Shown: piece by piece, positions 52,208 to 64,000 of the stretch | Numbering within the stretch: position 1 is the first letter of the stretch | Layout of the letters: the number at the start of each line of letters is the position of its first letter | Assembly: GCA_964247055.1 (NCBI GenBank) | Contig: OZ176056.1 | Location: 8,680,001 to 8,744,000 of the forward strand | DNA length: 64,000 bases | Direction of reading: 5' to 3' | DNA from: Paragordius varius | Taxonomy: Eukaryota; Animalia; Nematomorpha | The notes under the pieces: model-generated | What the model saw: only the letters and a program-made list of their open reading frames with translations | Database searches by the model: none | Told to the model about the DNA's origin: nothing | Program-made: the position numbers and the translations under genes

Positions 52208-54228
52208 ATCTTACTATTTATACCTTATATTTATAATTAATTTTTTACTTAAATACAAAGATCCCAATAAAAAATTATTAATAATACAGAGTTAGGTATT
52301 GAATTTTATTAGGAAATAATTGGAGATCCGTTCTAGTATTAGTAAATAAGAACAATGGATTAAACATTTTTTTAGCTGTACTGCAAACATTACATAACAT
52401 GTTTACATTAATTTTTATTACCCAAATCCTTAATATATATCATATAGTTTAGGAATCGTTATTTTTAACTTCTTAATAAAAATTTTGTGTTAGGTACAAA
52501 TTGTCATTCTATATTCTGCTTATTGATTTAATCAGCTTTAGTTTGTACTTCATCTTAATTTAATCTATTTAAATTTTATATAAATTATAAAAAGATGTCT
52601 TTATTTGTATTTAAAAATTAAATCTTTGAAAAATAGGGCCTTATCCAAACTAGACCACCTATATTTAAAAATAAAAATTTAATTCGAAACATAGTTAAAT
52701 TTAAAACTTATTTCGTTTTTAATTATATATTAATAGCATTTTAAGTTTGATTCATTACTAATTTTAAAATTGATTAAGGTCCTAGAATTGAATTTAGGTA
52801 TCTGTAGGAAAAATTGTGCATTGCTCTAAGTTACATGGTTTGAAGAATAAAATGTCAAGTAAACGAATTATATATTTATTTCTATATGTGTAAGACTCAT
52901 TTCATATGTGTTTGGGATGAAATAACCCTAACCAACTCATATTTGGATAAACTTTAAGGCTTTCGACTTTGTGGACTAGGGTTAGGGTGAGGGATTGGAG
53001 TTGGTTCATTTTCTTAAAGAAGTCACCCTTCATCCAATTTAAAGAGGTTCATGAATATTATTTGCTAAATCTGTGTTTTCCTATTATAAATTTAATTAAA
53101 CTCACTATGACATCGCTTATATGTAAATATAAAAAAATATTTTTATCAAACCTGGATACTATCGCAACAAAACCATTTATGAATTTAAATCGAAGAATTG
53201 TTTATAATATAGTATTTTCATCATAAATTCTTAATTCAAAATGGTGTTTTATACGAAAATAAATTTCCAGATTACGCAAATTAGTAGTAGAGGAAAATCA
53301 ATGATATAAGCGTTCAGTCCGATATAAGGGATTGCAATTGTTTTAGGGTAAAAGAAGACTTGTAAGCAATAAAGTGCTTATAAAATTTAATTTTAAATTT
53401 TTCTAATAAGTTTGATCAAAATAATTGTAAATATCGAAGTTAATACTCTAATTTATATATAAAATTACTAAATATTGGAGAAGATTTTATTTTCAAATTA
53501 CCTATGAATGTAAAATAGTTAGTTTAAAACCGAATAATATTAGTGAGCAAATCCTAAAATAATAAAATATGTTTATTGGAGAATGAATATAAGTTAAAGT
53601 TTAATTAATTATAGTTATACTTACCCAAGGTATAATATACAAGAGGCATCAATACAATTTAAATATTAAATAGCCATATTATAAAAATTTATTTATATTC
53701 TCATCTTTATCGGAGACAAAAATATTTTTTCATGTCATACCACATAAATAATTATATTAAAAAATCAACATTAACGATATAAGTTAATTTTATTTAACTA
53801 ATTCCAAATTTTTTAATCCAAATTAATTTCTCTTTTGCTAGGTGGTATTCATACATACATAAATTCAAAAATTTGCTTCACAATACTAAATTCGGACAGG
53901 ATGGTTTATTATATGTCTACTTTGTTTGGGAAAAGTTATGGCTTTTTGAATGCGTTTAGTTGAAAATATTTTACATTTTTCAATGGATATCACAGAATTA
54001 TGACAAACTAAAAACTTTAATTTGTTGTGGAAAGCAAATGTGAGCCTGATTCCGTATTAAATTTGGAAATTAACTCAAATTGTATGGATCTTGCAGTGAG
54101 TAGCAAATATAATTGTTTATTTATTTTTGCGTTCTATTTTGGACTTTATATAAGGATTATTTTCTTTAAAAAACTTGAAATATATACGCAAATTTTTATA
54201 TATTTTTTTGTTTTGAGTATTATTTTAG

Positions 54229-54363
54229 ACTTTATAACAAAACTATCAACACATAACATTACAAGAATTTTCCGGGTGTGTTTAAGCTGGTTGATTACCT
54301 CGGACTAAAGATGTCATTTTACTGGCAGATCTTGTGGATTCGTGTAAACCTGGAGATGATATT
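54229..54363 (+). pseudogene. MCM2: Orphan MCM2 exon, copy III
   Basis: 135 nt, AG/GT bounded, same three stops, LPRTKD variant. Confidence 0.92.
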
Positions 54364-54863
54364 GTAACAATTTTTTTTGTTTTCTTATGTAATTAACACA
54401 TAATTCACATACACATAACATCATTTTTAAATATCTTTAACTGTTTTCTATCAGGTTTTTTTTAATTAAGCTTCAAATATTATATAATTAATCATACACA
54501 CAATGCACACAATATTCTATTGGATATATATATATAATAAAATAGGTCAAAAATTAATAGGTTGCTTTTAATTTCGGGACGAATCATCTCAAAATTCCAA
54601 ATTATCCCCATTTTTTTATAATATTTTTAGGATAACAAAAACTCTTTATATATAATATATATATATATAGGATAAACTTGAAAAGAATTGATTAAGTTTA
54701 ATTGGGACTTTTGTAGATATTAAGTTTTTATACCACTGAATAGGTCATCTAATGGTAACAAAGTGATAAGAAGCACTATATGAAATTATATGTGATTAGA
54801 ATTTCAAAATAGGTTATTTTAGATATATTTTGGTCAAATTTTAAACGAAACATATGGTATTTA

Positions 54864-55408
54864 ATGTCCACAGGGCATATTCTTGGGTTCTGCGCCAACA
54901 GTAGTCGATTAATTAACTTGCGACATCATAATATAGTGGGTGACATAAAACAAAACCTCCCATCCAATGCACGACTAATATCCGAAAATCAAGCGCTGGA
55001 CTCGTCAGGATTACGACCCGATCTCGTGGTGGCCCAACAAGTGCCTTATCATCGATCCAACTGTCACCCACGAGAACGGGTCCAACGCCCTAGATGAAGC
55101 ACACAATATTAAGATAGAGAAGTATCGTCACCTCACAGTCTCACTTTCCGGCCAATTTGACGAGGTTTATATCATCCCAATCGTCGTGGGCGCACTTGGA
55201 TCATGGCACCCCAAAAACAAAAGATTATTCGAAAACATTAATATGAAAAATAAGGCTGAGATGAGAAAGGATATAGTCATCGAAACCATCAAATTTTCCT
55301 GATATATTCTTTGAATTTACCAGTGGTAGAAACTAAATCCCCTCCTTCCCGGAAACATCCACGTCCAACCTCATCCCACAGTCCCACTGCACATCCGTAA
55401 CACAATAA
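54864..55408 (+). mobile_element. RLE-type retrotransposon 3' fragment, copy III
   Basis: Near-identical to copies I and II. Confidence 0.88.
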
Positions 55409-57957
55409 GGCTCAATTTGTATCAATATATCAATTCTGTCCATATGATCACCTATTTATATTCTTTTTAGCACGTTTTTTTATATTCCTTATATTTTTAT
55501 TTTTATCAAAATAAATACACAAATCAAATTAAATACCTAAATAGTTAGAATTGAAAAGTTAAAAGTTAAATATATTGTTTTGCTTTCGAAAAATATTTTG
55601 TGTTATAGTTTTAGGTTTTGTCATGTATATTTTCAATCTAAAAATTCCTTTGTGTACAATATATTAGGAGGATTAACAAAATTAAAAAATACACACTCCC
55701 AGAAATCGAGATCGAATACATATTGCCAAACGTGTGTTGAATATATAACCGAATTAAAAAATTATGCCAATACTACTCTAATGGTTTTTTTAGAATGCCT
55801 TAATCCATAGAAATCTTCAAAATAAAAATGACGCCATCTTACCATTTATAAACCCCGGTGAGAACAGTAACAAACGCAAAAGATAAAAAGATCCAAGTGA
55901 CACTATTGGTGACATTTAAAGCGCATGTATTACTAATTGCAAAAATATTAAGGATTAAACATTCTCGGCTAAAGCCGCTTTAAACTAATCTTATCAAATA
56001 ACAAAGAATTAACATTTAAAATCAAACAGAAGTAGGTTGGCGATGAATTCCTACATTTGGTTCACAAATACTTAAAAGACGTTGGGAATTAAAACAACTG
56101 GTGATTTTACTATGTAAATAATACATATAAAAATAAATGAATACCAACAATATAATATTTTTTACTACTCATACATTACTTTCGGCAATTTTGACTTAAT
56201 AATGATATTGATATCTAAATTACATCAAAATACATACGTTTAAAACTATAAGTATAATAAAAAAATGAGAGCTTATTTAAACTGTATTACATGCAATTAT
56301 TAAAGAATATACAGTAGTTCTTTATAATTTTGCTTTGCAGGAATGTATCCATCTTGCTAAAATGTAGTTATGAATATTTTAACGGACATTATTATAATTT
56401 GCAAATATTTATTTAATTTTTTCATTTTTTAACCATCACCTTTTGGAAAAAATATTAAAGCCCAACACTAAATTAATAACCAGAAATAATTGAAACATAT
56501 TATTTATCAATTAGATTGGATAAGCATTTTCAAAAAAAGTAATGTTTTCCCACTGTTTGGCACATTCCTTTATCAAGGTATCACCGATCTTATACGATGC
56601 CAAAGTTGTGCCAGATATTTTGAACTGATATTGATTATCACTGCGGTTAAGAGCGGTCAATTTGTTGCAGGCATCATTAAAGTATTCATTGTCTTGTATA
56701 TTATATGTATATATATATATATATGTTAACCTCGCTCTCATAATCAAATGCTCAATTCCTTAAAAAAATCCTATATTTTGTCTTAACTATCAGAAAAATT
56801 ATTTAGGTATACAATTCAAACTAGCATATATCTTAAAACTATTCTTATGAACCTTAAATTATAAGATAAGAAAGACAACGCGTAAAAAAAATTATTTTCC
56901 ACATAAATTGCTTTTACAAGATCTATATAACATATAATATGTTAATATTGTAATTGATAAACGAGTGTAAATAAAGTAATAATGATAAAAAAAATTGACA
57001 CAGCTCGACAACTTAACAATTGAATGGTTAGAAGTTTAAAACTTAGAGTATACAATTTAGTGCAAACCTAAGAGTCGCAATCAGCTCTTTTTGAAACCGT
57101 TTTAAACATAATAAAAACCCAAAATTAGGGACCAAACGTTTCAGGTGGCCATAACATTTAGGAAAAAAAAGTTTTTATAACTTTTGGGGGAAAATTAAAA
57201 ACTTCTAAAAAAGATTGAGAACTACTGCAGCAAAAATAAATGCACGGTCCAGAAAAATGGTTGGTTTCAGAATTAAATAAAGGAGCACTAAATGACCAAC
57301 GTGCATTTAATGATTATTTTAAAATCTTACTAATAGAGGAAGAAACAAATATTAGCATCCTAGAAGTTGTACTATAAAATGTCATTGGTATATCCCATTT
57401 ACCTTAAATTCACCCTTAAACAATTCAAATTTACCCTATAAATATTCAAAAATTTAATATTACCTATATTTTTTTATATTTTTAAAAAATAAAATTTTTG
57501 TTTTAAATTAAAATAATGCTGAAAAAATAATATAGCCATAAAGATATATTCCATATGATTAATGATTTATATTAGCCCAAAAACACCTAATTTATTTGTA
57601 GGATGAATTTGAATTGTTCAAGGGTGAATTTGATGATCTTAATGGTATAAAAAATATCATTCTTTAATGTATATATCTTTATTAAAAAATGTATTAGGGA
57701 GGGTTCTTTTAGTTTTAAGGCTTTTACTAAAAAATTTATTTGTTTTTATGGTAATTGGTGGATATCAGTAAAAACTGTAATTATAACGTACAAAAAGTAA
57801 AAATATATATAATTTTTTTCCAAGCCACCCTACTTTTGAAAATTTAATTTTTTTCCACATAAATTATATATTTACAATTATAAATATATAATCGATTGTG
57901 CTACTAATGTACATCTCTTTTTCATATTTCACAATATCAAACAATAATTCAAATTTA

Positions 57958-58237
57958 CAGTAAAAACTGAAATTATACGAAAAAAAAGTAAAAATATAAA
58001 GACAAATATTTTTTTCTAAAAGACAACTATACTTTTGAAATCTTATTTTATATAAATCATTGGAATTGTAAAATATGAAATAGAGATATAAGGTAACACT
58101 ATCCATTATATATTTTTTGATTATAATTAAATAATTTATATAGAAAAGTCTAAGGTTTAAAATAGTATGATTGTCTTTTGAAAAAAATAATTATCTTTAT
58201 ATATTTACGTTGAGTCCGTATAATTTCAATTTTACTG
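57958..58237. mobile_element. Tc1/mariner-like MITE (duplicate of 14895-15173)
   Basis: TA|CAGTAAAA...TTTTACTG|TA; an additional left-TIR-like copy lies upstream near 57765-57810. Confidence 0.72.
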
Positions 58238-58573
58238 TAAAAAATTGCGATTGAGCAAGTATGGTTGTCTCTTTAAAAAAATATTTATCTTTATATATTA
58301 CATCCGTATAATTTCAATTACTGTAAAATCGTGGAAGTAGCGCACATTATGTTTTGTAAAATATTTTCAGTAAAAATTATGCCCAAAATAAAATATATTG
58401 TAACTATATCTGATCAAAATAACCCTTGTAAAAAATTTCATTTTTAATTGTACATTTTAATTTTTGCCCTTCTAAAAAGGACTAGTTATCCTGAATTAAA
58501 CGATGCCGAGATTTAGCAATCAAATTGAAAAACAATTTAGATCGAAAGTTTGGACAAATATTCGGGGCGAACC

Positions 58574-58881
58574 TATAAATATCTATAGTTTCGGGAAAAA
58601 TCAAATTAAAAATTATACCATTTGCAAGTTGGTCATTTAACAGTTCAAATTGGTTTTAACATTAAGTTTTAAAATACTTTTGGAAAACAACATTTCTAAC
58701 AAAAAAATATTTTTAGATGATGATTTTGAATGTAAAAATATGTAATAAGAAACAGACTATAAGATAAATCAGTATGTAAATTATGGTAAGCAAAAATGTT
58801 TCACCAATTTGAATTGTTAAATTACCAACTTGAGCAAATGATATTAACTTTTTTATTTCATGCGAAACTATAGAATTTATA
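58574..58881. mobile_element. Degenerate foldback/MITE-like element (duplicate of 15510-15818)
   Basis: Arms 58574-58655 and 58803-58881 are reverse complements. Confidence 0.6.
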
Positions 58882-59629
58882 AATTTAAATACTAATGTGA
58901 ACCATTGATCTCAATTGTTAAAATAAAAAAATTTATGCAAAATTTTCTTAAAAATATTTTTTCTACAAATATCTAAAAACCATAAAACTCATCCAGTTAA
59001 TAAAATAAAACTTTTGAATAATAAATTATTAATGATTGTGTAGCATCAAAAAATTGGCATTCGATTGTTTGTAAATATAATCCTATTTAGTGAAACGTAA
59101 ATAAATGATAACTACTTCCGCTTTGTGCAAATTTGGTAAAAAAATGTTTTTATATAAAGGTTAAAAAAAATTTGAGATGTGTTGGTTAAAAACTTGGTAA
59201 ATTATGATAATTAAAATTGAAAACTTATACCACAATTATTTAATTATTTAATGGTAAAGTGCTTCGGTTTAAATCCTGTAGCTCCAAGAACTCTATGAAA
59301 AATTTCAGAATTTGATAAGTTTTACATTTGCAACTCGTTGCATTTTAAAAAAATAATTAAATTTAAACTGTTATGACCTCTAAGTGAGTCATTTTTTTGT
59401 ATTATTTAATAATTATTAAATGCCTATTTTTGAATTAATTTTTTAAAAAACCAGCGCCCCTTCAACTATGGGGCCCCCGATCTAGCTACAACATTTTTCC
59501 AAGTATTTCCGCATATACCTGAAACTTTTAGCTATCGAATGATATATGATTCTTAAAGAAATTTTTGATTGCCATTTTCGGCAAATAAAGCTAAAAAACA
59601 TAAACATTTATATATATTATATGACATAC

Positions 59630-62327
59630 GTCCCAATTCAATGAGCAGTGTTTTAGTCCGGTTTTTGGAAAGATTTTCCCAGCCTGATATATTTTTAAGT
59701 CCCGAATGGTAGGCTGAGAAGTAATGTAATGCTGGTAAATTCGACAACTCTGAAATATTTAAGGAATCAAATCGATTGTAATTCAAAATTATTTGTTCAA
59801 TTGATTCATTATATGCAACGTTTGTAAAGTCAACGGAGGTGATATTACTTTTGATATAAAGGGTTTTTAAATGGGGCCATTTTACAATCGGTTTCAAGTC
59901 TCGCAACCCCAAAACATATAATTCTAAAAATTGAATATTATTTGATTTCATAAATAAGTCGGGAGTAACCGTAAAATAGGTGAGGGTCAAAGATTTTAGG
60001 GTTTTAGGGAAATATTGTGCGGAGTTTATTATGTTTGTATCACGACGACTCATAGTTCTGCCTTTTATGGTTAAGGAGCGAATCATAGGGAATTTTTGCA
60101 ATATGTCAGATAAATCATAATGATCTTCCGACGCGTACAAAATCACTTCTTTCGCGTTTAAATTTTTAGCACCAAAAGTTTTTGCGTATGATTTCACCTC
60201 AAGAGTTTCCAATCTAGGCAAATAAGCTTGCATGGCACTATCATTTGTTGCGTATAGAGTTAATCTCTTTATGCTTGAGTGATTAATATGACCTACCAAA
60301 CTAACTTTTTCAAGGTATAAAGTTACGTTTTGCAACATTGGAAAGAGATGTAAGATGGTCCAATTGAAATCTTTCCCAAAACCTAATATTTTAAGATCAA
60401 TCGATTCAACCATTGTATGTGTCGAAGACAATACCTTTAACAACTCATATGTATGATTAATATTTGCATCGTAATCTCGAAACCTAAGTTCTGTTGAATC
60501 GAGATGGACTGAAAAACGCGAGTTGAAGATACAATAATATATTTTTGGATTGGATTTGAAAAGCACTCTCGTCATATCACTGATTGATAATATATCCGTA
60601 CATTTACAATCATCTGACCAATATATATGTTGGCATTTAAAATTATTATAATTTTTACAATAGTCAATGTAATCATCATCCAGTAGCGTTATTAACTTTA
60701 ATATGTGCGTTTTATTGGCAAAATCGTAGATTACACCATCTTTGTATTCGCAAGCACCAATTAAATTGCCAATTTTAATAAAATCATTGATCACATCCGC
60801 ACATTTTAGCTTATTTTTCCCGATAACTATATGTGTACAATTAAGAATTAAAATTAATTTTCAAATCTCATTAATGGTTAAAAATGAATTAATCAAAAAA
60901 AGGATAGCAAATTGAAAAATCAATATTACCTATTGAAACATTATTCAATTCCATTGGACCCGTTGGCTGAGAAATTTTCTTTAAATATGGTGAGCTAATA
61001 TCAATTATTTGTAATTTGGGAAATTTTTGTATTCTATGTCAAATGTCTCAATAAAATTGTTTGAAATGTTTAAATATTACAGATTCATGAAATGAGATTG
61101 CCCTTTAAGTGAAACAATATTTGTGCAATCCAAAGAAGGAACTAGATGACTAATGTTATTATAGGCCAGATTTAAATGTGTAAGATTCGAAAGTTGTCGC
61201 CAAACATCCATAGGAATAGCAGATATTTGATTGTTTTCCAAGTTTAAAGAGTGCAAACTAGTCAGGTTAACATACAATAAATGACTAGCATTTATTTGAC
61301 CGTTTAATTTGTTATATCCCAAATTTAGGCTTTCTAACTCAGAACAAAGCCGGTACGTCTCGTTCACTTTCTCCAATCCTATCTGATTGTAACTTAATTT
61401 AAGAGATTTCAAGCTGGGACTACATACATCAGGCCAATTAGTTAATGAATTATTAGATAAATCCAATGTTTCTACATTATGTGCTGCATTGAATCCCCCA
61501 ATGACGACGGTTTTTAAGTTGTTTCCAACTTTCAAATGTTTTAAAGACGGTGGAACATTTTGTAGATTAATTGTCTCCAAATTGTTAGATAATAAAGTAA
61601 GATTTGTCAGTTTCGTTAACTTCCTTAATTTAAAATCCCAAAAATCCGCTAAAGATTGCGATGACAAACATGTATGACCATTCACCTCCAAACGTTTTAG
61701 TGATGATGAAAAATATTTTATTATGCTTAAATCAAACGGTGTTTGCACATTTATGGATAAGAAGGTTAAGTTAGATTGAGAACCCAAATGTATGAATAAT
61801 TGTTTCAATGCGGATTCAGATATTGATTTGTCCACTAGATTAATTTCCAGGCGGTTTAAATTGGGAAAAGTGATATCCCTTGTAGTATTAACCCTTTTAA
61901 TTTGAACATTATACAACTTTAATGCACTTATCCATGTTAGTTTTATATCGTTCAAGTTTAGCATTTCGAAATCGCAATTTATGAAATTTAAAACTAGAAA
62001 GGGTTTATCTAAAATGTTATAATCAAGCAGCTTCTTGTGGTAGCCAGACATTGATCCTGAACCACTATGGAAGATTTTATCTTCATCGTCGATCGGATAA
62101 TAAATATTTCTCTGCGAATCTAGTTTCGATAATTCTTTCAATTTATCTTTTAACATTTCCAGTTGTTTGTCCCCCATGTGGCTGCATTTTATTTCGTTCA
62201 ATTCACATTCGCATGATTTGGTTATATTGACGCACCAATCTCGAATAATTTTGTTCTCAATGAGTTCCTTGTGGGCTTTAATCAACGGACAAGCGAAGAA
62301 AAAAAGTAATATAAGTAAAAAATTCAT
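59630..62327 (-). CDS. Secreted or cell-surface LRR protein, >=~849 aa; proposed exons 62327-61081, 61033-60930, 60826-59630; 3' end unresolved
   Basis: Signal peptide MNFLLILLFFFACPLIKA; LRRNT-like WC..SCECELNEIKC; many LxxLxLxxN repeats; mid-protein Cys clusters (GKNKLKC..GAC, YC..FKC..DCKC); second LRR run. Introns 61080-61034 (47 nt) and 60929-60827 (103 nt) are GT-AG and join the two track ORFs in frame. GTATGT donor at 59629. Confidence 0.85.
60827..60929 (-). other. Spliceosomal intron, 103 nt, phase 1
   Basis: AG|GTAATATTG...CATATAG|TT; the join gives NNVSI-V-IGKNKLKC, in frame with ORF 59553-60794. Confidence 0.8.
61034..61080 (-). other. Candidate 47-nt intron derived from coding sequence
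   Basis: CT|GTAATATTT...GACATAG|A; removal gives FMNL-IQKFPKLQIIDISS in frame. Confidence 0.55.
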
Positions 62328-62371
62328 TTCAAGTTTTTAACGAAAAATAAATTTAAAGCTAAAAGAGGGGC

Positions 62372-62378
62372 TTTTATA
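62372..62378 (-). promoter_or_regulatory. Candidate TATA box of the LRR gene
   Basis: TATAAAA in GC-flanked context (GCAGTCTATAAAAGCCC) 45 bp upstream of the ATG. Weak evidence in AT-rich DNA, and a competing splice donor lies at 62450. Confidence 0.3.
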
Positions 62379-62806
62379 GACTGCGAAATTTTTGTACTCT
62401 AAAAATCAAAATTAAAAATTTTGTAATTCAGCGAATCGTTCTTAACTCACCTTGTACGCAGTTTAAACATAACAAATTTTTGTAATGTATGAAATTATAT
62501 CGAAAATAATGATTTCTGGGAAAATTTTAAATTAGAAATAGGTAAATACAATTTAGGTAAACATCCATAGTGCTTTCTTGTTTCTCTTTTAAATAAATGA
62601 TATCTTTTCGTAGAACAAAATTATTTAACGCACTTTGGAAGTACAACCCATCTTTTTAGCTTTTACGCACCTAATGAAATTTTAAATATAAAATTAAAAA
62701 TGATAATATGTTCTATACATATAAAACGCCCCAATCAATATATGAAGTTGCTGGAAAAGGTTTGATATTAATCCAAACTATTATAAATATAATATGTTTC
62801 ACATCA

Positions 62807-63050
62807 TAGTAAAATTTGAAAATAAAAAATATGACTTTATAATATTTTTTTCAAAAAGACAACCACACTTTTTATAGCTTGATTTTATAATATGAAATAG
62901 ACATATATAATGTTAACACAATCAATTATATATTTTTTAGTTGTAATTAAACAAATTATAATGGAAAAATTAAGGTTTGAAAAAGTATGATTGTTGAAAA
63001 ATGCCTTTATATTTTTAGGTTTAGTCAGTATGATTTCATTTTTAATGTAG
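62807..63050. mobile_element. Degenerate member of the same MITE family
   Basis: Retains AAAAGACAAC..ACTTTT and AAAAAGTATGATTGT arms plus an internal segment resembling 14990-15100. Confidence 0.45.
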
Positions 63051-63583
63051 TTGTTTAAACATTGATTTTTTATCATAAACCATATAGTTATTGTGAAATA
63101 TGTAATTAAGAGTATTACCACCAATTTACAACTTTTTTACGAGCCATATATTTAAATTTCAGTATTGTTAAATTTTATAAATTATATATGAAAAATAAAA
63201 GGTATAACCCCCGATATGTTGTCTGAAAAAATACAACAAATTCAAAATATTTAACATGTTTTTGGAAGTCTGATCTAAATATAACAATAAACTTCCTTTA
63301 ACCAATTTTTATAGACTAATAATTTTAAATTTTATTTGTAAAGTTTAATTTTAATAAATCGAGATATGAATTATAAAGGTTGTATTGACTAAACTTAAAA
63401 ATAACCTTTGTTTTCATTAAAAACAACATTTATATAAAGGTACAGTTACCTTAAAATTAAAATTGGAAGATTTTTAAAATAAAAAAACTAGGCTGGTCAA
63501 ATAGTTTAAAATTAGATTTTTATTAAGAATGAGAAAAAACAAGAGCTCTCAAAATTTTTCTAAATCAAATTAAAATTAAAGTA

Positions 63584-63849
63584 CAGTAAATACTATGATT
63601 ATAAGGACAAAAGCTAAAAATATAAAGACAAATTATTTTTAAAAATATAACCCTTTTAAACTTTAATTAATCCTTTAAAAATCATTTATTAAAAATAATG
63701 TAATTGATTGTGTTATCAATATAAATATCTATTTTATACTTTATTGTTAAACAATGAGTTAAAAATCAAGATCTAAAAAGTATGTTTGTCTTTTGGTAAA
63801 AAACATTTGTCTTTATATTTTAACGGTTTGTCCGTATCAATGTTTACTG
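63584..63849. mobile_element. Tc1/mariner-like MITE, independent insertion
   Basis: TA|CAGTAAATAC..ATAAAGACAAAT ... ATTTGTCTTTAT..GTTTACTG|TA; flanks differ from the block C copies. Confidence 0.68.
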
Positions 63850-64000
63850 TAATCATACATTAAATTTATAAATTACTTATAATACTCTAATTAAGAACAG
63901 TTACGAGATTATTATTATTGATTATTTTGGAATTTCAGTCCATGACTTTTTAAGGAAACCTTATATCCCAGAGCGATGTAAAACTTTTTTAACAATTATG

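Larger units (their letters stand above)
49171..57535 (+). repeat. Duplication block B, copy III
   Basis: Colinear with copies I and II. Confidence 0.96.

Noticed and set aside
61489-61677. Plus-strand ORF within the LRR exon
   Set aside because: Antisense shadow of the LRR coding strand.

Overview
Very AT-rich eukaryotic DNA (spliceosomal GT-AG introns, non-LTR retrotransposons; probably an invertebrate, taxon not determinable). About 60 kb is three related, imperfect tandem copies of a ~19-27 kb segment. The shared order is: block D, ~17-bp satellite, spacer, ~32-bp satellite of variable length (about 2.4, 6.3 and 4.8 kb), block B, block C. The longest version (38601-62330) runs into a secreted or cell-surface leucine-rich-repeat (LRR) gene on the minus strand. 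The two upstream copies join at different non-homologous junctions (17403/17404 and 38600/38601). The repeated cargo includes an orphan MCM2 exon with stops, the 3' end of an RLE-type (R2/NeSL-like) retrotransposon and Tc1/mariner-like MITEs; copy I also has a near full-length RTE-clade LINE and a truncated LRR gene. Two observations stand out. First, a ~113-bp cassette with a telomere-like G-quadruplex motif and two C(GNA)G-triloop hairpins on one strand (a single-stranded-DNA signature) occurs as inverted pairs bracketing each satellite domain. Second, a 47-nt GT-AG segment of the LRR gene still reads as an LRR repeat, and splicing it out would rescue a stop and a frameshift together (candidate intronization). 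Alignments were done by eye, so coordinates of diffuse boundaries are approximate.
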